Part shown: positions 52,059-64,000 of the stretch, in pieces
Numbering within the stretch: position 1 is the stretch's first letter
How the letters are laid out: each line of letters opens with the position of its first letter
Source of the DNA: Vicugna vicugna
Lineage: Eukaryota
Direction: 5' to 3'
Assembly (NCBI GenBank): GCA_013265495.1
Contig: MU058463.1
Location: 3,703,037-3,767,036 of the forward strand
DNA length: 64,000 nucleotides
Notes under the pieces: model-generated
What the model was told of the DNA's origin: nothing
What the model saw: only the letters and a program-made list of their open reading frames with translations
The model's database searches: none
Program-made: the position numbers and the translations under genes

Positions 52059-55000
52059 TTCCAATTCCTGAGGGCTCTATCCTTCTCATCACCTTTAGGC
52101 TGTTGCTCACTTTATGTTTTATGCCTAAATCACTCTTCTTTCTGAGCCTCTCCTCATCCTTACTCTCCTTTCAGGAAAGACTCGTATTCATTGTTCAGGT
52201 CATACATTACGTATCCTCTGGATGCATTCAGTGACACCACTGCATCGTGTTCCCACCTCCCACCTCCAGCCTAAGTTATAGGCCCTATAAGTGTTCAAAT
52301 AGCAAAGAGTGCCTCTCTCTAACATTACCATTAGACTGTCTTTTTGTGTGGCTGAACAGTTTTCCTCCACCCCCAACACACACTCACACACATACACACA
52401 TACATGCTGTAAATCTTGAGGGCTGTAACCAAGACTGTCTTCTTTATAGTTGTATTTCCAAATATTATTATTGTATCTGGCACATAATCCATTCTAAAGG
52501 AATATTTGTTGGACAAATGAGATTAATAAATATTTACATATTTACCTCTAATTTAAAAATATTTTATTGTTACATGGATACGCTAATCCATATGGATTTA
52601 CTTTGGTAATGCAGAATCCCTTTCCCATTGATAAGATTTTTCATTTGTCACATATAAAATTCTTATTATATTCTAGAATGTGTTTCATGGCTGTCTGTTC
52701 TGTTCCAGAAATCTGCCTTTAGTTTCTTGCAATAGATACAATCTATTTTAGTTATTATCTTTTTATAACACATTTTAATATCTGATGCAAGCACCCCTCA
52801 TTAATTTCCCTTGTAGAAATCCTATCAGCTATTCTTACTTATTCATTTCTTTAAGATAAACTTTAAAATTATTTTCTCTGGCTTCAAAACAAATATTCTA
52901 ATGGAATTTGACGGGGATTGCATGAATCCTACGAAATGGTTTTGGAAGAGCTGACATTTATGACATTCAGTCTGTCCATCCAGGTATAGTATTCAAAGAA
53001 ACCTTTACTCAACAAAGTCTTTGCATCTTGCAGTAAATTTTGGCGATTTTCTTAATCTAGGTCCTGCATTTTTCTTGTGGAAATTTTGTTTCTGGATGTT
53101 TTACATCTCTCTTTGCTACTGTGAAAGAAATACTAATATATGTCATATATGTTATTATACATATATATGTACAAGTCAGTAAGGATCCTGAATTTTCTTT
53201 TTATTTGCTGGTGCTGTGAGCTAAGTATAATCACACATGTTACACCTGGTTCAAGTAGGGGTCATAAGTAAAGCCAAGTCAATCTGGATGCCAGCCTCCT
53301 ACAGTTTTCTCTATACGGATTCCTTTCAAATGTTTTTCTCATGACAAAAGAGAGAACACTGGGAAGGAGCAGGGAAGAGGGTAAGGTAGTAAGGGGTTGC
53401 AGTTTTCTGCAAAATATTCTAAATTAGCTCTCGATGCAGATGTGCACTGTGCTTATCCTGTGGCTTCTGTGCATTTTGGGGAGCACCACCAGTGTCCTGG
53501 CATGTGTGTATTCTAGTTAAGCAAGCATGGTCTATGGAGTTCATGTGTTTCTCCCAGAAGTTTCCATACAAAGGAGACAATCACATTTTAGGCCAGGGAA
53601 ACTTGGGTGTAGAAAAACAGAAAAAAATTATTTAGGTGCTTAAGGCTCTCAAGTATACAATTATAATGAGTATCCAGTTGTCATTTAATAGATAGCTATA
53701 AAAAGCACTCTTCCAATTAATAATCACAATGAAAGGATGACTCATGTCCTTAAAAAGTTTAGCAACTGACATAAAATGCAAATCTAATCAATGCAGCTGT
53801 CATTTGACAAAGCATCCATTTGAGGAAAGGCCTTTCCCAGATTCTAAAATGACATGGATTTTTACAATGGTAAACTAGAAATACTTCAGAAATACATCTG
53901 ATAAAGTCTTGTGCTTCAAAAGTGAACTTCGAACAACTGCAGACAAGTACACAGTAATTAATCCATAACACCCTCATTTCAAAGTTCTCAGCAAGAGAAA
54001 AGGGAAAATGGTCAACAAATAACCTAGAAGCAGGTTAATGTCAGAAGACAAGCTGTGTGGAACCAATAGAGATTTCCCCTGGACTGTTGGCCAAGGATTC
54101 TATTACCCCCACGTTAAAGAATGCATGGGGTTAACGCCCAAATCATAGGGACGCTATCAGTTAAATCATGTTTGTTTAAGTTGACTGCTTAGTGAATTAT
54201 ATGCAGTTCATTCCACAATCTGAGTTCAGCCATTCAAAACATCTCCTCTTTGTCTTGTTTACAAAGTCCCCAGAAAAATGAATCTCTCGGCTATTTTTGT
54301 CAAAATTCCAGTGGTTGGAAAAGACAGCCAGGTAAGCAGCACCTACCTATAGACTGGGTGCCGAGTTAAGGATGCCCCTGACTGACTGCATCACAACCTA
54401 CAAGCTACACACACATACCACACTGTCTTCCTCCACAGGGGCTGACCGCTCCTGAGATGAAATCCCAGGACTATAATAATAAACAAGACTGACCCCACAA
54501 ACCGCAAATTTAAAATGTCTCTCACCATGTCATAGTCATGCCATACTAACTGTAGTAACGTTCTCAGACATTACTGGATGAGCAAATTCTTATTTCCAGA
54601 TCATTTCTAGTTCTTTTATAAAGCCAGAGGAAAACTCATTCACTGCTACCACGTATTTTATGTGACAGAAATTTGAAAAATCATTGAGAAAATTCAGTAA
54701 GATAAAAATCAAATGATCCGAATTCTGATTCTGTTAACCATGCTCCTGGCAAGTTGCTTAACATTTATATGCTGTATCGTCCTTATCCAGAAAACTCATG
54801 AGTTAGACTAGATAAGCCTGTGCTCCATTTCAACTGAAAAGTTATGTTAATTGGTTCTAAAATTTACATGAAGCTAAAATTTTAATAAAAATTCTAGCTT
54901 TTTATCTGCATTCTCTGCCTAACCTGACATTTAGAATCAACCAAAAGTTCTACTAAAAGTTTTACTGATGTCATATCTCAGTTTTCTCAAATTGATTTTC

Positions 55001-56168
55001 CCAAAACTTTATACCTGACTACAGCAAATATCAGAAAGACCATATCTGCATTATAAACTATGGAAGAGAAAGGCAGTTTTAAATCTGATCACATTTCATG
55101 ACAAGTAAAATTATAATCTGCAAATGCTGTACGTTAGCTTTCTGATTACTATAAATGTTTGAAAGCCACGATATTGTAAGATTCTTCAGTAACCTCTGGG
55201 AACTGAACTCTAAATTCCTCTGAGAAGGCATGTGACATATTCAGCAATGGGAAGCAATGAAAGCTCTAGAATTTAAGGCAGAGCCAGGTATGCTGTGGTT
55301 AGCGCCCTTACGGAGGACAGAGAGCAGCTCGTTGCAAACTGTGAGTCGCCCCTGGGTTCGATTCCCACAGCTCTGCATCTCAGGTAGAAATGGTGGAGCG
55401 AAACACACAGGTCAGACAAGTCAGCTTAGCTTTGAATTATAAAGGAAAGCCTGGTTAAAATAACTTTTCTATTCTTATCAAAGGGCTTCCAAAACTGGTT
55501 TTTCAGGCTGAAAAGTGCCCCTATATAGATTAATTAGGTTAGAACTCAGGCTATAACATAGAGAAGACGGCCAAATGCACAGGAAGCCCTGTGGGAAACT
55601 GCACACCCCCAGTTAACCCAACCCTGCTTTATTCCTCGGTACATTCATGCAAGAAATGTAATTTTCTTATTTGGGGAAGATAGGGTGCACACAGACCAGT
55701 GGCTCGCAATGTTTTCAGCTATCAAGAAATACGAATATAACTTCTTATCTATAAAACAATGAGTTCACTATTTTAGTAAATGCATCATCTGTGAAAACAG
55801 GGAGTTCCTTTTAAAAAAAAAAGAAAGTTTAATAATCACTCAAGAAAAAAGGCCAGTGGATGCTGGTCCCTTGTCTTAAAGAATTACTATCTTTATGTGT
55901 GACAGGATTCACCAGCTGACAGCTCCCACAAGGAAACTCATATCTCTGCTGCCCGGAAATGCGTAAAATTGCGAAGTTAAAAGCAATGCCATCTAAAACC
56001 ACAACAAGGAGCAGCAGAGCTGTGGAGGAGAATAGCTTGTTAAAATTTAACTGGAAAAAAGACAAAGTGAGGAGAGTAAGTTCTAACTTTAATCATTTGC
56101 AAAGAAAACGGGGGAAGTTATGCAAGTAAAGCCAATGAATTTATGTTTGCAAATATAATTCAACTTAC

Positions 56169-56300
56169 CTCTCTTGAGCAGAACCCCAGGACTTTTTGTC
56201 GAAACAGCCAGCAGTGATTCCCCAGGTGGATCTGGCTGAGACTAATGGGCACCTGGAGTTTACTGAGTGCAGTTTCCATCTCCACCTGCCTGTGCTAATG
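56169..56300 (-). other. SCEL: SCEL exon 1 (5'UTR); donor exact, transcription start approximate
   Basis: Consensus donor GAG|GTAAGT at 56169/56168. The exon end ...TTCTGCTCAAGAGAG joins exon 2 ATCCTTACTGGAAGGCAGCATG and resembles the human SCEL 5'UTR as I recall it. Confidence 0.8.
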
Positions 56301-56400
56301 AACAGATCAGAGCCTTCTCCCTCAGTGGCTGAGTCACTCAGGGAAGGGGTGGGTGGTGTGAAAGAGGGTGTCACCTTGTATAAATACCAATTCAATTAAA
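56300..56400 (-). promoter_or_regulatory. Putative SCEL proximal promoter (AP-1 site, CACCC/KLF box, TATA-like element)
   Basis: TGAGTCA at 56330-56336, GGGGTGGGTGG at 56346-56356, and TATTTATA on the minus strand at 56379-56386, all directly upstream of exon 1. Confidence 0.6.
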
Positions 56401-58399
56401 ACAGCTCACTTATAGACCTGCTGTCTTTGTTTGGCAAATTCTTCATATAATTTTTGGCCTTGTTAGACCAAAAATATGTAGTCCTGTTATCACTCTTTCA
56501 ATTAATATCAACAATTTGCACAACTCTGTCACTGACAAGGTGCCACGGTGTCCAACCTATTTTGGATTCTCTTTTAAAAAAAACAAACAACAAAACAAAA
56601 AACTTAAGGCAGGAGGAATCTCTGTCTGCCCACGGTGCCTGGAAGGCTGGGGCACAGATACACACTCAGGAAATGCACTGCTAGGAGGAATTAAGATCCT
56701 TTAGGAGAGAAAAGTCCTCTGGAACCCCGAGATCAGGAAATATGAGTGGAATCTATTACACAAATTCTACACATGGAATTTTGGTAAAACCATCAAAGGA
56801 AAAATACATCCCAAAAGATAAGAACTCTGATCCTTTTATGATTTCACCACATATGAAAATGTGAAAAAGATGCTAGAAACTTCTTTCACATCTGAGGGCA
56901 GCAATAGACTCCAAACACCTGCTTCTGAGAAGGAAGGAACAGTGCAGATGGGAGCTCCCATTAAAGGTTCTGCAATGCACCTTCCTGAACAGCCAGGGAG
57001 ACTTTAAAGAAGCTTAGCAAATCTGGAACAATTGCTAAGAGCAGCTAGTCATTAGAATTTCCTCATCTTTATTCATCTGTCACACCAATAATTATCCAAA
57101 CCCTCCCAGTTTCAAGACAGCTCCTGAAAATCACAGTCCAGCTGAGCTATAGTCACAATAGTGACTTAAGATATAGAAACGTTCAGATTGAAAGGCACAG
57201 ACAATTGCAGTAAACAATCATTATGATCGGGGACAGCCCTTCCTTAATGTGCCCTTATTCTGGGCTGAGGAATTTGCAAATTTAAAATGAAAAACTTTCC
57301 TTAAAAGTTATATATATATATATACACATACATGTACAAATATTCATGTTTATTCACCCTTTCATAGAATTTTGTATGTGCAAAATATTGTAGAAATGTT
57401 TGAAATTTCTGTGATATCCATATATGTTGGTTGGATTGAGGTTGGATATTAATACTGCTATTGAGAAAGTTAAAAAACCAAGATGTGACTTGACTCAACT
57501 CAAACAGTAAATATATTAGAAGTATATTTAGTATCAGCATTTATTTAGCCAAAGGAAGGGCTAAAACACTTTCAGAGCCAACTTGTAGGGGCAAATAGTA
57601 ACTTATTATCAATGCTTAAATGTATGTTTTTAGCCTTCATAAAATATAGAACAAGAAAATTTTTTTTAAATTTTGAGCTTCCAAGCATTTCTCCATGTAA
57701 TTGAGGGTTTCTCTTATTTTACATACCAGGAACTCTTACATTTAAGCCACATCAGCATCTTTCCACTTACAACAAAATTTTTGACCCCAAAAAGAGCTAA
57801 CTCAAAACACAGGCAAAATTCAAACTGCCTCACTGCTGAGACATTCAGCCAAAAGACTGCTGAAAATTAAGAATCTCAAAGTTCGAAGAGGTCAATCAAG
57901 TATGTGCACGGGGTGGAGGTGGTCGAATAGGTTTGGCCTTGAACTGGGAATCCCTGGGCATACTGAGAATAACTTGGCTTCACCACGCCTATTTCACTGT
58001 GAGGGTCAGAGTTCTTGAGGTCTCTATAGAAGGTAAGCTCCTAGGCTGGGACGACAAATGTTTTGTCTCGGGTGCCAGTGCCAATTGCTCTGCACTGGCT
58101 CATTTGATGTGGTTTGTAAAGCCACTATGAACTCCCACAGGAGAGTGAGTGCCGTGATTGACTAGCAGAGTCTGCCACAGAGCTCAGATGGGGGAGGGGG
58201 CATGCTGACCCTACCTCCCAAAATAGGACGGTGCTTTTTCTATGTTTTGTATTCAGTGTAACAACCAGCCAAAACGAGTGCTTATTTATTACTACATAAT
58301 AATGAAAATAGCAAATACATAGCACTGTTCATGTGCCAGGCATTCTAAGCACTTTTTATACTTTCATTTAATAATTGTTATGCAATGATTGTCACCGCC

Positions 58400-58730
58400 T
58401 GCTATGGTCCGAATGTTTGTCGTAACCTACAAAGATGATGGTGTTGGAAAGTGGAGCCTCTGGGAGGTGTTTAGGTCATGAGGGTGGAACCTTCATGAAT
58501 GGGGTCATTGTTCTTATAAAAGAGGACCCCTCCCCCCGATTTTTCTAGCCCCTTCCACCACATAAGGACACAGTGCGAAGATGCAGGCTATGAACCAGGA
58601 AGAGGAGCCTCACTCAGCCATGCTGGAACCCTGATCTCAGACTTCCTAGCCTCCAGAACCGGGAGAATCAAAGTTCTGTTGTTTATAAGCTGCTCAGTCT
58701 TGGTATTTTGTTATAAGAGCCTGAACAGAC
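58400..58730 (+). mobile_element. MaLR solo LTR (MLT1A-like)
   Basis: tgctatggtccgaatgtttgt...ttaggtcatgagggtggaaccttcatgaatggg...ggtattttgttata. Confidence 0.85.
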
Positions 58731-59959
58731 CTCCTCATCCCAGAGAGATTCAAAAAGTGATGCTGAAAATGCAAAATATACCAACAGGACAAATCAGCAT
58801 CTCAAGGCTTGCTAATCTGTTACGCAAAGACTTTGGGGGGCTGAAAGAAGGCTCTCCATTTTCCTCCCAGATGGAGAAAATAAATGTTATGTACATGTTA
58901 AAACAAAAGTGATATCATTAGGGTGGTAATTACAGAGCCAATTTCTCTTTGGCTGGGAGTAGACAGATGCCAGAATTAATGAATTACTGCCAGTGTTGCA
59001 AGAGCTAGTGCATTGCTTAATACACTGTGATGATGCCAGCATGAGGCAGACCCATGGTGAGCGTAACTGAGACCCCACGGGAGCCTGGGTTCCTTCATCT
59101 GTGCAGACCCGCTATTCACTGTGGGCAAATCACTGCACCTTCAGGTCCATGTCTTTCCTGGTGCCGTGAGACTGATGTGATCAGTCTCTTTACCACCTGG
59201 ACAGGTTGCTATGAAGATATCAGGCTAATTTAATCAAGACTCTACACCTTCGCTCCACAGACAACTTCAGGAGGAACCAGGAGGGCTCAGCCCTAAGTTC
59301 CTGAGGCTTTCTGACTCTTCTTCGTGCTCCAAATAAGCAATGACCCTTGCCCAAAGTAACCAGCAGAGATTAGGCAAGGTTGATGATAATCATAACGATG
59401 ACGACAAAAGTAACAGTGACAACAGCAACAACATAGTTTAACTATGTGCCAGTCATTGCTACGTGCTCTACATGTATTATTTAATTTGATCCTCACAAAA
59501 ACCCTACACTGTAGGAATTACAGGAACTGTTTCGATGTCATAGAGAGCAAAAAACAAAAATCTAAGATCACACACTTGGGAATTAGGTGTGTCCAGAATT
59601 CCACTCTAGGCAGGCTGACTGCAGAGCCCACATTCTTGGGTATGAAGTTCCACTGTGTCTTCAAAGTACCAGAAAGGAGATGGGCACTTTAACCAAGACA
59701 CTGTGGCTGGACTACAGGGTGAGCCAAATTTACAGCAGGTCTGAGCCCTGAATAGTAGGCGGCAGAAAAGTACAGTGACTTTTAGCAGGAAATATGTCAT
59801 ATACACATGTATGTATGCACTTGTATCACTCTTGACATCAAAAATGATAAACCACACCCCATATGTGTTAGCTCAATATACCAGACAGGAGAATGGCTAA
59901 GAGCTGCTTCAGTATTTAGGTCCTTTAATGATACTGGAAATCTAACTCACCAGTTTTAT

Positions 59960-61190
59960 TTTCTTTTTTCCTTTTAAACAGAGTATTTTTAAAGCAGTTT
60001 TAGGTTCACAGCAAAATTGAGAGAAAGGTACAGATAATCCCATATCGACCTACCCCCACATGCTTAGCCTCCCCTATTTTTAATATTTCCCCACCAGAGG
60101 GGTATATTTGTTACACTTGATGAATGCATACTGACAATCATCACATCATCTTCAAAGTCTGTAAGTTACATTAGGACATCACTCTTGATGCTGTACATTT
60201 TATGGATTTTGATGAATAAATAATAAAATGTATCCACCATAGTATCATACAGAATAGTTTCACTGCCCTAAAAATCCTCTGTGCTCAACCTACTCATCTC
60301 TTCTTCCACCATAACCCCTGGAAACCCCTGACCCTTTTACTGTCTACATAGTTTTGCCTTTTAAAAAATGTCATATAGTTGGAATCAGACAGTATATGGC
60401 TTTTTCAGATTGGCTTCTTTCATTTAATATGCATTTAAAGTTCCTCCATGTCTTTGATCACTTGATAGCTCATTTCTTTGGTATGCTGAATAATGTTCCA
60501 TTGTCTGGAGGTACCACAGTTTATTTAGCCATTAGGACTATTGTTAGCCCTAATAAAGGGCATCTTGGTTGCTCCCAAGGTTTGGCAATTATGAATAAAG
60601 TTGCTATAACTGCATATATATGCAGTTTTCTTCTTAAAAAATTATTTACACAATATTTTGAACCAGTCATATCTTTAAATTTTTCAGAAATTAAAAGTGT
60701 AAAAAGGAATACAATGTAAAGTCTTTCTTTCCCTCCAAACCTTGATCTCCATAAAAACGCAGTTATTAGTTTCTTCTTGGTCCTTCCAGAGAGATTTATA
60801 CACATGCGAACAAATGTAACATACAGAAATATCCTCCATTTTTAAACAAATGTTTGCATGTTACATTGTTCTGAATTTCTTTTCCTTTAACATTAAGATG
60901 CTGACGATCTTTCCATATTATGTTTTTCTCAGCTGCTTGGCCTTCCACTGTATGGACATTCCATAATCTGTTTCATCCATCCATATTAATGGACATTTCT
61001 ACCCTTTCCCAGCTTTTGCTAACAAACAATGCTATAGTGAATAACACTGTACATAAACATTTGCACATGTGTGTATATATCTGTCAGGTAAATTCTTGGA
61101 GATATAATTGCTGGATTCAAAGATTTATGTATTTTAACTTTGGTAGACAGGTATTATCAAATTGCCTTCTGTAAAGGACTTACCAATTTC
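59960..61190 (-). mobile_element. Old LINE-1 fragments (L1MC/L1ME-type 3' regions)
   Basis: Motifs gcagttttaggttcacagcaaaattgag, cagattggcttctttca and ggtttggcaattatgaataaagttgcta; degenerate ORF2-like IATLFIIAKPWEQPRCP on the minus strand. Confidence 0.8.
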
Positions 61191-64000
61191 TCTCTCTTAT
61201 TCTCATTTGTCTTCTTCAGTCATTTGTTCATTTAACAAATATTAAGTACCTAATATGCTTCTAGTACAGTTTCAGTCCCAAGGGACAGAAAAATTAATGA
61301 GACCCGATGATTGGTCTCCAGGGATTCACCATGTTTGGGGAGATAGATGTTAAATTAAATAGCTACAATACACCAGGATAAAGAAAGGGTGTCACTAGTG
61401 CAGAATCTAAAGAATTCCACCTGGATCTGGGAGAGGATGTTGACCCTGAATTTTGAAGTTTGAGTGGACAATGCTGAGATGGTCAAGAGGGAGAAGAACA
61501 ATCCATCCACTCTGCTTTCTTAGATTTTCTTCTCAACATCTTCCAGATTTCTGTTTATGATTAGAGTCTGGCAATCTGAGGCATGGCTGGTCCAGTTAAT
61601 GAGAGAAGTAGAAGCAGAGATTTAATTGGGTAAACAGGACTTGCCGCCAAACTCTCCCCTATAGTACCAAGGTTGAGAAACTCTAATTGAAATGTTTGCT
61701 TCTTTCCTCCTCATTGCTGTACCCACTAGAACCAGCATTTTTTTCAGCCCGATGATATCAGTTCCTCACAGCCAAGAGTGAGGAACTCTTTGGAGCAGAC
61801 TTTCTTTTATCATTTTATCAAAGTATCAGAGATCAGCAGAGTGTAGTTGGATATTTTAACTACTCCAAAATCTTCCAATAATTTATCAAGCTTCTAATAT
61901 ACTTATGACACTTGATATCTTAATGGAAAAAGTCTTACTTTAAAAGACAGATAGCTATTTCGTAATTTCTTCATTTTGTATTTCCATCATTCTTTCTAAT
62001 TTTCTTCAACTCACAGTCAATACTTTATAGCAGTCTCTCCATGGCCAAATATTACATAGTACTACATTTCAAGTAACCCCTTACGATCAGCAAACAGGCC
62101 TGTACATTTAGCTTTATTCTAAACATGTAGCGCAGTTCTGACTCATAGTAGCACTCAGTAATTGTTGACTGAATGAAGAAACAATGACATAAACAATAAG
62201 TGTACACATACAAGGGGTATTCACCGTTTGCCAAAACTCTGGTTTATTGCTTTTACAAATCTGATTCTCTTACCAGATTTTTCTATCTCTGGCTGAACTA
62301 CAGACCATAGACAATACTAGGCTGAACCAAAGGCTGTAATGTTAGCCCTTCAATTCACCTGTAGGTTACAACACTCACTGGTCTCTTAAAAGAAGAAATA
62401 AAGATTTCTCTGCATTTTATAGAGATTGCTCAAATAATAATTACCATAGCTGAACATATTGTCCAAGGTTGAAATCTCCGTTGTCAGTGCCTCCTCCCTT
62501 TCTCTCTCCATTTCACACCCCTCAACCAATTAAATGGTCATGGCCCATCACTGTCAAGTCAAATTCAGTCCAATCTTTCTGTTCCACTTGACTCCCATTG
62601 CCCCTGCTTTGATTGGGAACCTTATCATCTTTAGGGAACACTACTTCCATCATCTGCTTACTGGCTTCTTCCTTGTTCAGATATGTCCCCTGCTGAGTCA
62701 GTCAGGCTCTTTCAAGCTGTAAAGATCAGAGACAAGGTCTGGAAGCCTCAGTCAATGGGAGCATACTAACAGTTCAACAGAGAAGAGCCACAGTACCCAA
62801 AATGATGTTACTTGTAAATCTACAGTTTAAAGATGCAGTTGTAGCAACCACCTTAAGGTGAAAGTAAACATCATGGCCAAAGCTGTCTCAGTAAAGACTC
62901 AGAAAAGCCACCTGCAAGCTCCATTTATCCTCTCTCTGGAAGGGTCTCTGCAGGATACACTTTCTCTCCCAGGCCAAGAACTTCTGGCTTGTGAACCGAT
63001 CTCCCAAATGGAATCTCAGCTGGAATTTCTTACACCTTGCTGGTCACGTAGGTGTATTCCTGCTGTCAGGATCAGGGTTTCTGGGGTCTCACTCACTACA
63101 AACCATCTGTCTCATTGTTATCAATAAACAATGCTGACTAGCTGGTTCAAACCATCCTGAAACTCTTAGTAAATGTATTGTCGTAGGCACAGGGTTACAA
63201 AGCAATGCTATTAATCAGTATGTTTCAGATCAATGCTGTGCATGCTTATTTTTTATTTTAGCAAAATAATCAAGCTAATTCCAGACCTGCAGGATTTAAT
63301 CCCCACAGCACAGGAGCTTTGTTATAAAGATTCAGGGGGATGTAAGAAAGACAGGATACAGTGTCAGCAGCCTCTCTTAGATATGAAATAATATTTCTTG
63401 CTGGTTAACTTTGCAAAACAACACCAGTTGTCCGGTGCAACCCTGGGCACCCAACAGCAATTCTGTGAATCTGCTTACCATGACTCAGTCCTGCTACCTC
63501 TGAATCTCTTCCTGCTTTCTGCCATGTAACCAATTTATTGCAGTCTCTGCGTGCATCAGTTTAAATCCTCTGGGAGAGATCTGCTTGAGTTGGTCAGCCA
63601 CCGTGCTGTACTGGCTTCCCACAGGCGAAGCCCTTGCACCAGGTCTTCTGGATTTCTGGTGAGCCGTAATAAGACAGTTTTGCTCAGATATCTAGCCCAT
63701 CTCAATCAGCCGTGACCAAAGCAACAGCACTGCAAGAATCATAGCGCAGCTCCCCTAAGCCTTGGAATTATTCAGAAGTAGGCTACTGGCACAGCACGCA
63801 GCTGTTAGAACTTTCTTCCCAGCAAAAATACATCATCTCTTAACATTATTTTTCCAAAACAGATGCAGTCATGTCACTCCCCAGCTTCAAACCCATCCTA
63901 AGTTCCCCATGTCCTATAATTTGAATTAATACCTCACATTCCTATAAGACTGTGTTGTCCAATGCAGCAGCCACTAGCTGTGTGGGGTTATTTAAATTTA

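Noticed and set aside
1..64000. Prokaryotic-style systems (CRISPR, operons, defence islands) or a second protein-coding gene
   Set aside because: Sequence is mammalian intron and repeat DNA; no repeat-spacer arrays or other coherent exon chain seen.

Overview
Mammalian genomic DNA, most likely a camelid, inferred from two tRNA-derived Vic-1-type SINEs. The window holds the 5' half of SCEL (sciellin) on the minus strand: a promoter and non-coding exon 1 near 56.2-56.4 kb, and 14 coding exons (exons 2-15, 43389 down to 1307). These splice by GT-AG into one uninterrupted 917-nt frame (305 codons + 2 nt) that begins MSNFTLRKASPTGNDMKGTTQG and runs into the first ~20-aa sciellin repeats. The remaining repeats and the LIM domain lie beyond coordinate 1. 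The gene was identified by manual translation against my recollection of human sciellin, not by a database search. The rest is intronic or upstream DNA rich in L1, L2, MIR, MaLR LTRs, Tigger/MER elements and microsatellites; repeat subfamily names and boundaries are approximate. Most supplied ORFs are spurious. I found no convincing new biological system. The best leads are regulatory: a (UG)n-flanked candidate poison exon, a spliced overlapping uORF, an E-box/AP-1/KLF promoter cluster, an L1-derived inverted repeat, and a ~100-150 bp dispersed duplication flanking the promoter.
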